NCBI RefSeq assembly: GCF_001194135.2
Contig: NC_068997.1
Span: 6,778,931 to 6,842,930, forward strand
DNA from: Octopus bimaculoides
Taxonomy: Eukaryota
Direction of reading: 5' to 3'
DNA: 64,000 nt
The notes beneath the pieces are model-generated. The model was not told the origin of the DNA, did no database searches, and was given only the letters and a program-made list of their open reading frames with translations. Numbering within the stretch: the first letter of the stretch is position 1; every line of letters starts with the position of its first letter. This document shows, in pieces, positions 48,575-58,729 of this stretch. The position numbers were made by a program, and so were the translations under genes.

Positions 48575-48907
48575 CTACGACGACGACGATGACGACGATG
48601 ACAGTGATGATGATGATGATGAACTGAGGAAGCGAGGTGCATGTATCTTATTTAAGGCTGCAGTGCAGATAAGCTGTCTCCAGCGATTACAGACAGCCAA
48701 ACGAGACTCTGCAAAACCTCATGAATCTAAATTAAATGCTGTAAAAGAAAAATTAATAAATTGACACAAATGGTTGCAGAAAAGCTTCAGAAACAATGAG
48801 CAACAAATAGTTTCGCATCTCAAAAATCTTACCTGGGGGGATGGATCTAGTTGCACATTGCAACACAAAGTCAGGAACATAAGACAAAATATGAGAAATG
48901 CTTTCAT
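25984..48907 (-). CDS. Gene B: secreted ADAMTS-like M12B metalloprotease with two PAN/Apple domains, paralog of gene A (19 exons, 805 codons traced from the ATG; terminal exon unresolved)
   Basis: Exons in transcript order: 48833-48907, 47415-47469, 46372-46426, 44737-44974, 43706-43820, 42571-42728, 42048-42134, 41602-41699, 40560-40685, 37544-37672, 35631-35737, 35309-35388, 35093-35197, 33283-33446, 32384-32444, 30920-31061, 29537-29770, 27976-28209, 25984-26135. They sum to 2415 nt with an open frame. Signal peptide MKAFLIFCLMFLTLCC; canonical HELAHNLGIPHD; GLMG Met-turn. Confidence 0.92.
27976..28209 (-). CDS. Gene B PAN/Apple domain exon 2
   Basis: 234 nt, phase 1-1; about 89% nt identity to 29537-29770 by manual alignment. 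Confidence 0.93.
29537..29770 (-). CDS. Gene B PAN/Apple domain exon 1
   Basis: 234 nt, phase 1-1; CANGC...CNSFEY...CDLS...WDFYE. Confidence 0.93.
30248..30740. repeat. Inverted pair of a roughly 150-190 bp TIR-bounded element containing a tRNA-like head
   Basis: 30249-30395 is the reverse complement of 30583-30740. Copy 1 has TIRs TACTCCGATTTAAAGCGACATTTA; internal TGGCTCAATCGG and GTGGGTTCGATTCC boxes. Confidence 0.75.
30920..31061 (-). CDS. Gene B exon, end of TSP1 and first part of Cys-rich domain (PCFNDSSNYFELVKQRASEVC...)
   Basis: tgcag|CCC TGT...A|gtaagt; phase 0-1; equivalent to the ADAMTS 'CP...R..QC' segment. Confidence 0.85.
31560..32032 (+). mobile_element. Mariner transposase 3' remnant with right TIR
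   Basis: LQDNARPHVA...SPDLAPTDYHVF motifs of the DD34D domain; frameshifted. Confidence 0.88.
32384..32444 (-). CDS. Gene B TSP1 exon 2 (PVNTEWCKGQSIRGQLCNVQ)
   Basis: 61 nt, homologous to 16274-16334; weak GAG acceptor. Confidence 0.85.
33283..33446 (-). CDS. Gene B TSP1 exon 1 (...[30 protein letters not shown])
   Basis: Textbook TSP1 motif; 164 nt. Confidence 0.94.
33590..34050 (-). mobile_element. Cluster of SINE fragments (family 2 at 33590-33730 and 33905-34050, another family between them)
   Basis: Core motifs shared with the 12529-12748 and 22935-23115 elements. Confidence 0.7.
35093..35197 (-). CDS. Gene B disintegrin-like exon 2 (VCGIQSC...DGLYCGQGK)
   Basis: 105 nt; |gtaagc donor. 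Confidence 0.88.
35309..35388 (-). CDS. Gene B disintegrin-like exon 1 (MYESSDVLCQQRFG...)
   Basis: 80 nt; |gtaagt donor. Confidence 0.88.
35631..35737 (-). CDS. Gene B exon (GKGKCLKT...GYGLLP)
   Basis: Homologous to 11894-11994. Confidence 0.88.
36560..37390. mobile_element. Two degenerate RTE-clade LINE fragments (minus about 36560-36900, plus about 36900-37390)
   Basis: KVYRTILLFVLLYGSGTW on the minus strand; EILMQ*NLRRFENIQRM...WTAATKDR on the plus strand. Confidence 0.7.
37544..37672 (-). CDS. Gene B exon with third zinc His and Met-turn (LGIPHD...GLMG...WSQCS)
   Basis: Completes the canonical HELAHNLGIPHD. Confidence 0.93.
39905..40100 (+). repeat. Dispersed repeat, second copy at about 61043-61240
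   Basis: Shared CTCTTCGAAACGCC...CTGATGAAG...ATGTTCTCTATGTGGC...CAGATATGCA, ending in (TA)n-like tracts. Confidence 0.75.
40560..40685 (-). CDS. Gene B zinc-site exon (...ALGLSMSAAACTPAKCSLS...TLSHELAH)
   Basis: HExxH motif; 126 nt; |gtaagt donor. Confidence 0.93.
41529..41584. repeat. 17-18-bp tandem repeat x3
   Basis: AAAATATTAACGTGATC repeated. Confidence 0.85.
41602..41699 (-). CDS. Gene B catalytic exon (...ACTWANQRSLSADHIHIVS)
   Basis: Homologous to 8647-8747. Confidence 0.87.
42048..42134 (-). CDS. Gene B catalytic exon (VQYEFLKENELNYSVKF...)
   Basis: 87 nt; homologous to 7305-7391. Confidence 0.9.
42571..42728 (-). CDS. Gene B catalytic-start exon (...LSIEMALVYDEYMY...TWNT)
   Basis: Homologous to 7017-7171. 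Confidence 0.9.
42897..43282 (-). mobile_element. Young tRNA-derived SINE (family 1)
   Basis: Head TGTGGAGGCGCAATGGCCCAGTGGTTAG...GGTTTCGATTCCC (A/B boxes), CAA-type tail, TSD AAACACTAAAT. Confidence 0.9.
43706..43820 (-). CDS. Gene B prodomain exon (RGIITTNGTDYQVLP...)
   Basis: 115 nt; homologous to 5385-5499. Confidence 0.9.
44737..44974 (-). CDS. Gene B prodomain exon (...PKCHVFGKTLNGYGMASLSFCDGL)
   Basis: Homologous to 3231-3480; |gtaagc donor. Confidence 0.9.
45290..45500 (-). mobile_element. SINE family 2
   Basis: Diverged copy of the same core and tail. Confidence 0.75.
46372..46426 (-). CDS. Gene B exon 3 (GSTEFFEKNFWSQARKFDR)
   Basis: Phase 1-2; TEFF shared with the gene A micro-exon; |gtaaga donor. 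Confidence 0.72.
46811..47200 (+). mobile_element. Young tRNA-derived SINE (family 1)
   Basis: Same element; (CAA)n tail; TSD TCATAACT at 46801 and 47201. Confidence 0.9.
47415..47469 (-). CDS. Gene B exon 2 (KIPSEDFSCHTMKDALHR)
   Basis: 55 nt, phase 0-1; tag| acceptor, |gtaagt donor. Confidence 0.72.
48538..48621. repeat. (GAT/GAC)n microsatellite
   Basis: Directly visible. Further (CAT)n at about 38445-38500 and 58512-58542, (GA)n at 58634-58723, and many (TA)n/(CA)n tracts. Confidence 0.95.
48833..48907 (-). CDS. Gene B exon 1, signal peptide (MKAFLIFCLMFLTLCCNVQLDPSPQ)
   Basis: ATG, basic residue, then hydrophobic core; CAG|gtaaga donor in phase 0, matching the next exon. Confidence 0.8.
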
Positions 48908-49301
48908 AGTGAGGAAATTGTGAACCGAGCTTCTCGCTAACAATTCTTATATACAACATGATATTATGGATTACACGTTTATATATAACATAATTATACA
49001 AAGCAAGATACGTAGTTTCATCTCCTTATACGTATCAATAATGAAGCACGTAATTAATAGAACTGATAATGTGAAACTGTCTCCGTCTTCCTAATTAAAA
49101 CTCTTTCAGCTCTGTCATGCTTGCATCTTTTGGCCAATCCGCACCAATTTATACTTACACGTGACTGTTATGTTCGAGCTGCATATGCGTGAACCTCTCT
49201 CTGTTTCACTGATTTAGTAATATTTGCATTAGAATTCTTTCCAACATGAAAACAACTTATTATCTCTAATTATTACCGTTCACTATCTTTGCACACACTC
49301 A

Positions 49302-49368
<67 letters not shown>

Positions 49369-49408
49369 NNNNNNNNNNNNNNNNNNNNNNNNNNNNNNNN
49401 NNNNNNNN

Positions 49409-49441
<33 letters not shown>

Positions 49442-49989
49442 TCTGAAAATAATTTTCTCTTTTTCCATACTTCCTGCAGCACTCTAACTCGTTGCATGTA
49501 TGTATGTATGTATGTATGTATGTATGTATGTGCGTGTCTGCGTGTGTGTGTGTGTGTGTGTGCATGCATGTAAGCATCTATGTATGTGTTATATGTGTGC
49601 TTATTGCGTGCGCGCTAGCATAAGTTGGTGTGACAATGAAAGAGAAAGATAGGCAGCAAAGGAAAAGCAGAAAGACATCCTGGACCGGCACAGCCACAGC
49701 CACAGCAAACAAACACATAAAAAGGCTGTTTAACTTTATTTGTATTAAATCTTAAGAGTACGTTTCTGTACAAAGGGGATTCGTTTGCATAAGAAATACT
49801 GCAAACATTGACATATAACAAAGCATTGATATAATATTCATATTTGATATTTCTGCTCCAGTTCTCTAATACCAGTTCACATATTCCACGTATATCTGCA
49901 AATCTCTCATAGAATACACTTTATATCTTTGAAAGTTGCAGCCAATGTAGCATTGGTATTTACTTCGAATTGTGTGCTAAGTTACAATA

Positions 49990-50900
49990 ACAAAGAATTG
50001 TTACCCGAGTATTTAAGCCACTTGGTATCTCGGCCATCTCATGTTTATATTATGTTGTACCAAATTCCAATTGTTTAGGGTCGTTGCTGAACCAAGTCTC
50101 GTCAATACGCTTTTACGGTTTAGCAATGGCAAACAATGCTGGATTTGACTTCTGCGTAGTCTAGCGAGCTTCAATTCAACTAAAAGACCACTGTATTTTG
50201 TATCGCTGCATTCTGTTCTCCACATTCCATCCTTGTTTGCGCCGGACATTTCATGATTACAGCTTCTATGAGAGTGCCACATCATACTACAGGATTCTAT
50301 CAGTTTGCTTATACCATGTTAGAGGGAAAAAGTCCTCTGTTGCATTTCTTCTGCTCTTCATTTGTCGCCATGTCCTGCTATGGAAAGCTAAAAAGGCGCA
50401 ACCAGATATCGCTAGGTCCCTTGTGTTAAGGCGTCCGGCTTATCTATGTGCTGTAGTTATACGTAAGAGATGTGGCCACCAGGATCTTGTTGAAGCGAAG
50501 AGTAATTCTGATTCAAGTGTGATTGAACTTGAGTTTTAAGCAGAGTGGAGCAGTATGCATAACGAATTTCCCTGGCATTCAATTGTTTATGATGGTGGTG
50601 CAGAGGTACTTGAATTGAAAAGAATGTTTAAGCACTTTCCCCGAAAGGTGACCGTCATGTCACCTATGGTTAATTATCAACTTTGTTTCCTCAGCCAGCA
50701 TTTGCTGTAATCGCCGGAATATCGTTTTCATGTTGTCGGAATAACTTTTGCCGAGTTATCTACGTTTTTGTTCTTTGTACAGTGCACTCCTTCACCATGA
50801 GGTCCGCTTGACGAGGTATTCGTCATATCTATTCACACATGAAGTGTTCCTTGCAGAGATTAAATAACGCTGGTGAGAGAGCATATCCTATCTGTACTCT
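49990..50900 (-). mobile_element. Highly degenerate mariner-like transposase remnant
   Basis: Minus-strand DETWFSNDP (TGDETW-like) near 50100 and an SG.P-like segment near 50800; many stops. Confidence 0.45.
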
Positions 50901-51319
50901 GACAGGTGTGTAGAAGAGGAGTGTCTCCCCATTTCAGAGATACTACGATGAACTTTAATGCAGAGATTTTCAAACAATCTTATGTCTTCAAAATTTATCA
51001 AGCAATCTTATGTCTTCTAAAGTATCAAAGAATACCAAAAACATTGCCATGCAACATTCAGTCGAATGTTTTATTAAATCCTCGAACACCCGATATAATG
51101 TTTGCATGCTGGTCCCGCCAAATACCTTCGAGGCGATGTATTACATCCACTGTCCACTTCCCAGTCATGAAGCCGCACTGCGTGCCCAATTCTTTACTTT
51201 TCACGATGGTATTAAGACTCTTTTGAATTCCATGCAACGCACATTCTACATTTGCCACGATCATTCTTCTTATGAGATGTAAGTTCTATAACACAGAACA
51301 TACACACATGCATGCATAA

Positions 51320-51360
<41 letters not shown>

Positions 51361-51674
51361 CAAACATCTTTGATTATGTATATATGTTTGGATGCATATA
51401 CACAAACGTGTGTTTATGCATGACTGGTATTTGCTCGTACCAGTTTGTGTGTATACAAGTGTATACGAGTGTACATGCGTACGTGTGTGTGTTTGCGCGC
51501 GCGCGCATGTATGCGAGCGTGCGCGCGTATTTGAATGGTTGTGTGTACATACGTGTGTGGACTTCCTAACAGTACATGCTCCAAGTAACATGTCATTAAC
51601 AATGTATAAAATAGCAACACGGGGAGCCACTTCATCTGCTGTTAGTCAATATCGCTATAGAATTAAATTGCCAT

Positions 51675-51712
<38 letters not shown>

Positions 51713-51788
51713 TATTATTATTAATGAAAAATAATAATATAAGTGGCTAGCAAGCATAAAATCACCAAAAAGGTAAAATTATTAATTC

Positions 51789-51962
51789 ATAATCAGGGTA
51801 CACGATAGTACACAGCATTGCTAGAAATAAGAGTCCAAAGTTGGCATCTTATAGACTCGTTTCCTCGAATTCATCAATATGTAGAAGTGATTTACTGTGG
51901 TTCTTGAGTCGTTTGGATTCTTATTTCTAGCAATGCTGTGTACTATCTTGTACCATGATTAT
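51789..51962. mobile_element. MITE with about 50-bp TIRs
   Basis: ATAATCAGGGTACACGATAGTACACAGCATTGCTAGAAATAAGAGTCCAAA and a near-perfect reverse complement. Confidence 0.8.
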
Positions 51963-52273
51963 ATATATACATATGCAAGACTTGCAATATAATGATTCTC
52001 CCCCCCCCCCACACACACACACATTTGAGATAATGTACTCTTAGATAATTAGTGAAGTAGGTATGGTTGGAGCGCCTTCAATTACAGGGCCGTTTAATTA
52101 TCGCTGACCTTGTGTACGAATAACAATAGAACAACGAGTTCTGACATGTCATGTATATCCTGATATAAGTTGTATTTGTCCATTTTGTCTATGCTTCACT
52201 GAAACCATCCGTTGTCATGGCAACGAACTCGATAGATGGGTAATTTTTTTCTTTCTCTTTTTGTCTCTTCCAG

Positions 52274-52340
52274 TGAAGACAACTAAGCAAATTGGTGAAT
52301 TCATCAAAAAGTAGTCTTATCGACTTTTAATGAACATACT
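52274..52340 (+). other. Probable upstream exon of gene C (5' UTR or alternative N-terminus)
   Basis: Very strong polypyrimidine tract and cag| acceptor, |gtaagt donor. Similar candidate exons at 54183-54226 and 57441-57484. Confidence 0.45.
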
Positions 52341-52440
52341 GTAAGTATCATATTTTGGCTGTTATATATATATGCATATACATACACATATATAAATATA
52401 TCATATTATTATTATCATCATCATTATCATCATCATCATT

Positions 52441-53197
52441 ATGTTTCGGTTCAGGTTTGGTCTTATTCCTGGTAGGAGTTATGTGGTTAACGGGTTACTA
52501 CCTGTAACCTTAGGTATCCACAAGTTTTCAGCAGTCTTTCAAGTGCTTAGAACTCTCCTGATAATCCTTGCTGTCCCTAAGAGACAAACTTTCTGTAGGA
52601 GCTCTACTGGGTATCCTCTTCCAATCTCCTTCAGCCATTTCTCTATATCTTTGTTTATTGTTCCTAATGCACCAATTATTATAAGCACGACCTTTACTGT
52701 TTTCATCCTCCAAATGCTTCCAATTTCGAATTTTAAGGGATTGTATTGCTTTTGTTTTTCTTCCTCTTTCTTTGTGATCCTGAAATCAAAGAAGCATGGT
52801 GAGTCGATAAGTAAGCAACTTCACTTTTCCTTATTTATAATTGTTATGTCCGGTCTATTATTTTCTAACTTCTTGTCCGTTTGAATAGGAAAGTCGTACA
52901 AAATCTTACGTTTCTCCGCCTCTAGTGCTCTTTCGACTCGGTGATTGTATTATGTGTTTCCAGTTTCAATCCCCGTTTCTGGGGATTTGAAAACTTTTCT
53001 GTAAAACTTTCACAACCTGGTCGGGCCTCTATTATTATTAGATGCTCTTCAACTACGTACCAAGTGACCAAAGCGACAAAACTGATTTGGGGTCCCGTAT
53101 TTATAATTTTTCTCACTAAATTAGGTCAGGCGAGACAAAGAATTTTCCGTTTCTTATCTGCCTGAACTCTATTTCATGTAAGAATGCTAACTTAAAC
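52441..53197 (-). mobile_element. 3' end of a non-LTR retrotransposon with a restriction-like endonuclease (R2/R4/NeSL group)
   Basis: Minus-strand ...KVVLIIIGALGTINKDIEKWLKEIG...LQKVCLLGTARII; runs into an N-gap. Smaller related fragments at about 15390-15440 and 58800-58965 (IPVIIGALG). Confidence 0.75.
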
Positions 53198-55479
53198 NNN
53201 NNNNNNNNNNNNNNNNNNNNNNNNNNNNNNNNNNNNNNNNNNNNNNNNNNNNNNNNNNNNNNNNNNNNNNNNNNNNNNNNNNNNNNNNNNNNNNNNNNNN
53301 NNNNNNNNNNNNNNNNNNNNNNNNNNNNNNNNNNNNNNNNNNNNNNNNNNNNNNNNNNNNNNNNNNNNNNNNNNNNNNNNNNNNNNNNNNNNNNNNNNNN
53401 NNNNNNNNNNNNNNNNNNNNNNNNNNNNNNNNNNNNNNNNNNNNNNNNNNNNNNNNNNNNNNNNNNNNNNNNNNNNNNNNNNNNNNNNNNNNNNNNNNNN
53501 NNNNNNNNNNNNNNNNNNNNNNNNNNNNNNNNNNNNNNNNNNNNNNNNNNNNNNNNNNNNNNNNNNNNNNNNNNNNNNNNNNNNNNNNNNNNNNNNNNNN
53601 NNNNNNNNNNNNNNNNNNNNNNNNNNNNNNNNNNNNNNNNNNNNNNNNNNNNNNNNNNNNNNNNNNNNNNNNNNNNNNNNNNNNNNNNNNNNNNNNNNNN
53701 NNNNNNNNNNNNNNNNNNNNNNNNNNNNNNNNNNNNNNNNNNNNNNNNNNNNNNNNNNNNNNNNNNNNNNNNNNNNNNNNNNNNNNNNNNNNNNNNNNNN
53801 NNNNNNNNNNNNNNNNNNNNNNNNNNNNNNNNNNNNNNNNNNNNNNNNNNNNNNNNNNNNNNNNNNNNNNNNNNNNNNNNNNNNNNNNNNNNNNNNNNNN
53901 NNNNNNNNNNNNNNNNNNNNNNNNNNNNNNNNNNNNNNNNNNNNNNNNNNNNNNNNNNNNNNNNNNNNNNNNNNNNNNNNNNNNNNNNNNNNNNNNNNNN
54001 NNNNNNNNNNNNNNNNNNNNNNNNNNNNNNNNNNNNNNNNNNNNNNNNNNNNNNNNNNNNNNNNNNNNNNNNNNNNNNNNNNNNNNNNNNNNNNNNNNNN
54101 NNNNNNNNNNNNNNNNNNNNNNNNNNNNCATCCTGCGCCAAAAGTTGAGACTAATATAATGAAATGCCTTTCTATTTATTAGAGACCCGGATGGAAAAGA
54201 CTGCGATGTCCAACTTGGTTATTCAGGTAAGAATAATCTTTAAATTTCTGAATGTCTGAGACAAACAGTTGTTTGTAGGATTATCCTTTTACTGCATATT
54301 AACCTCACCTGGAAGATCTCTTTTTCTTTTTTTAATATTTCTAACTTTGCAGATTTAAATATTTAAAAAAAAGTAATGGATAAAGATAATAATCCGATAA
54401 ATTGTATTTGTTTTAATAATAATTTTTTTTTTTCTGACATCTCAAATCACGCAACAATATGTTTATATTTCTTGTTAATTATTGAATCAGATATGAAATT
54501 TTCTGAAATGAATTTGAATATTTTAATTAGGGAGCATCAGTTCCAGTAAAGTCGGATCAGAAAAAAACTTCCAGGTAAAATCCATTTTTTATATACTCTT
54601 CTGCTCTGATTCATACAATATCAGGAATTAATTTTCATTAGGAAATCTACTTGTATATCAATATGATGGAATTATTCCTATTATCAGATTTAATAATCGG
54701 TACGCTGAAGTTTGAGAAGAAAATATGTGAGGGAAAGGAATATCTGACAGTTTAACGGAACTAGAATGTTACAGGATTTGTGAAAGCAACGCACAATTCA
54801 GTTGTATGACAGGAGTTTCTGTGGTGATTGTAATGATGAGGTCTCTAACATGACGGAAAACAATAGGAATATTTACACCCACACATAGATAGTTAAGTTT
54901 TTCTAAAATCAAATCAAATGGTTGTTATTTAATCTAATATCAATACCATTCACTTAACTTAAGAAACGTCTCATAGTTATCATACACAGATCAACACAAA
55001 TGGAAATATTAATCTTGGAAGTATAAACTTTCAACCAGTTAATTCTGCGATCATAATTCACTTAGTCACATCTTGCTTTTGGAAATGTGATTTTTCCATT
55101 TCCTCTTCCTTCAAAATACAGGCTGGAGCAGAGAAGACAGACGTTTTGAAATATATATATATATATATATANNNNNNNNNNNNNNNNNNNNNNNNNNNNN
55201 NNNNNNNNNNNNNNNNNNNNNNNNNNNNNNNNNNNNNNNNNNNNNNNNNNNNNNNNNNNNNNNNNNNNNNNNNNNNNNNNNNNNNNNNNNNNNNNNNNNN
55301 NNNNNNNNNNNNNNNNNNNNNNNNNNNNNNNNNNNNNNNNNNNNNNNNNNNNNNNNNNNNNNNNNNNNNNNNNNNNNNNNNNNNNNNNNNNNNNNNNNNN
55401 NNNNNNNNNNNNNNNNNNNNNNNNNNNNNNNNNNNNNNNNNNNNNNNNNNNNNNNNNNNNNNNNNNNNNNNNNNNNNNN

Positions 55480-55513
<34 letters not shown>

Positions 55514-56542
55514 CCGCATATACATAAGGATAGGCATATTAAAAGGGGGCCGTGGGAAAATTCATTTAAACAAAAGGGTTGGGAACCACTGATTTAGATG
55601 TTCCATTTTCGAAATATGATTATCTAAGTGTAGTCAAGGAGATAAAATGCATTATTTAATATTAAATCAATTGCATACAAAATGTCCCTCAGACAAGATA
55701 AACATTAGATGCCAGTCGAAGGAAATTTTAACGAAACTGTATTTAATAGTCCAAGGATAATTCAGAAGGAATTTTATAATTCAAGCTTCGAAACTGATCC
55801 ATGTAATACTTGTAGGGGTGGGGTCATCAATTACCAGTCTTATTTGATATCCTGTTGAATTTTGTGTCAATAGATTATTTAACAAATAAAACTTTGAGTA
55901 TCTGTAATTTTGCGAAAAGTTACTTTCTGAACCACAGACAACTTGCTTAAAAATAAAATTAGTTTTTCTGTGACTGTAATTTTCTTCTAAGAACTAATTA
56001 CAGCTGTTTCGGCTTGTGATCTTCATCAGCATGATATTATTTGGCTACTTTTAAAATAGGGAAGGAGAAACAAAGAAAATACCTGCAGTGAGAAGTAAGA
56101 GACACACAAACCGTGTTGATAAAGAAGAGTCTGGCAAAATACTGTAAGTCGGCATTTTAAATATAGCAAACAAGAAATTCTTTTAGCATCATTCCACATT
56201 TCTCATCGCTTTCTTCAACAAACGTGTTTTACTCAGCATACTATGGTTGTTTTACTGAATCTTCACGTTGAACTTTATATCTATTCTGATTTTCATCATC
56301 GCAATACTCTGTCATGTTAATCCTATCTTTGCCCAACAGAACATGGTTTCAATGAAGCTTGTAGAAATGTACGTGTTTATTTTCATTTGATCTAATAATG
56401 AATGTTAGTATGATGCAGAGATAACTTGTAAATTATGGATAAGTAATTTCCTGATTTATAAATATGAAGGTGGGATTTGTATGTATGGCATCCTCAGTAT
56501 TTTCGTTTCTACCTCTATATTTCTATGCTATACAATGCAACA

Positions 56543-56890
56543 GTGGAGGCGCAATGGCCCAGTGGTTAGGGCAGCGGACTCGCGGTCATAGGATCGCGGT
56601 TTCGTTGTGAGTGTTTATTGAGCGAAAACACCTAAGGCTCCGGCAGGGGATGGTGGCGAACCCTGCTGCACTCTTCTACCACAACTTTCTCTCACTCTTA
56701 CTTTCTGTCTCTGTTGTACCTGTATTTCAAAGGGTCAGCTGTGTCACGCTGAATATCCCCGAGAACTATATTAAGGGTACACGTGTCTGTGGAGTGCTCA
56801 GGCACTTGTACGTTAATTTCACGAGCAGGCTGTTCCGTTGATCGGATCGACTGGAACCCTCAACGTCGTAAGCGACGCAGTGCCAACAAC
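56543..56890 (+). mobile_element. tRNA-derived SINE (family 1) with short internal deletions
   Basis: Same element; deletion just after GGTTTCG in the B box; TSD-like ACAATGCA. Confidence 0.88.
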
Positions 56891-58063
56891 AATGCAGCAA
56901 TAGTCTGCTGCATAATATTTTTTGAATTTGACTCTTTTTATCAATGACGTTTGATCAGATCACATCATCTCAGGCCTGCCTTTCACACTCAACTTACCAT
57001 CCTTTTTCATCTAATACTTTCTCTATTCACAAAACATGCTCGCCCTTGCGGATTTTGTGCTTTATTTGATAGCATGGACTCAAACTAAACTTTTTTATCT
57101 CTTTCCTTTTAAAATGTTAAGATTCTTCAGTTTTCACAACTATGCAGAACCATGTTTTTATAAACGCCTTACATAAGTCTGTCTTTTGGCTGTTCCTTAA
57201 CGTTATTATTCCAAAATTCTAACTCAGGAACTTAAAGCCATTTATTTTTTTTAAATATTTGAACTTTACGAGTTTTGTGTCATATGCTCGGGTGGGAAAT
57301 CTTAAGGTGATTTATTGGTTGGCAAAGAATACGTTTATTCGGTGATTTGCACATTAGCTTTATTTTAATTAAAAATTTAAATAATGTAGTGTCACTCATT
57401 TTGTTCTTGCTCAAGGAATATCTGAACATATTTATTGCAGGAAAAATGAAGCTGGGGTTTCACTCCACGAAACAGCTAATCCAGGTAAATTTTTACTTAC
57501 AAATGTCTTTTAATGCAGCTTTCTGATTGAAATAGAATAGGTTTATATATTAAATCCCCATGGCATTCTTCAGTCTACACCGCTCATCACAAGTGAAATA
57601 ATACATCGGAATAACAAAGACCAGCGACACCTTGTCCATAACCGATAAACGGTGACGAAAAGGAAAGATGGAGAGAGCGCGAATGAATGTTACAGAACCG
57701 CATCGTCTGGATTAAGCGGGCAGAGCAGTGATATATCTAAAATTAATCGACCTCACCACTTCTTAAATCGATATGTAAATTTACATTATATCTCTTTAAG
57801 CTGACCGATTCTGTACAAGATTGTCATTGTTGAGAACTAAACAGCACTTATAACAAATGTCTTGCAGATTGGATCGAGCCTAATGCATAAAATTATCTCA
57901 AGAGATGGACGCTCTTAGTTTACAATGCATTTGAAACGGCTTTCCGTGGGTTTATTGCTTGGAATGTTTTCTTCATATTCTTATCTGAAAATATTTTCAT
58001 GTTGTACTTGTCCCATCATATTAGATGGACATTTTTGTTCTCAGTATCGAACCGAACATAAAC

Positions 58064-58118
58064 ATGGCGAGATCCACAGGGATTGTTTCGTCTACCAATG
58101 AAAATAGAAACCTGACAG
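58064..58118 (+). CDS. Gene C exon (MARSTGIVSSTNENRNLT)
   Basis: aaacATGg context; CAG|gtaaac donor in phase 1, matching the next exon. Confidence 0.65.
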
Positions 58119-58511
58119 GTAAACCTTCCTCCCAGAGATATTGGTATGCAATTTAAACATTCATTGATATATTTATTTATTTATTCCGAAAGCTCTGTTC
58201 TCTATTGAAATGCCGGTGTCTCATTACAGTAGAAGAAATCTCTCCAACAGAAAAAGGAAATTTAAAAAGTATATTAAGCGGAAGACTAGACAACCTACCA
58301 ACCTTACCAAGTTCCATCGTTCGAATATTTCTAAGTTCGACATTTAAAGGTAGGAATTTTAATGTTTAAAATTATTCTAATTACTCATTTCTGACTGATT
58401 CACTTCTTTATTCCAGCGAAGAACTGTAACTTCCAACAGGCTTTATATCCAGACCAAAAGCTTAGAGAACTGGACGTAATTTGATTAACTCTTAATGAGA
58501 AATATAAATCT

Positions 58512-58543
<32 letters not shown>

Positions 58544-58631
58544 TAACTGAGCTAGGTTTAGACTGGAGGAATTAGAAACTATGATAGCGGAAGAGGGGCA
58601 GGTGTGTAGATGAAGAAGTGAATACATGAGC

Positions 58632-58729
<98 letters not shown>

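Noticed and set aside
48441-48764. Poly-Asp ORF
   Set aside because: Translation of a (GAT)n microsatellite; no splice or homology support.
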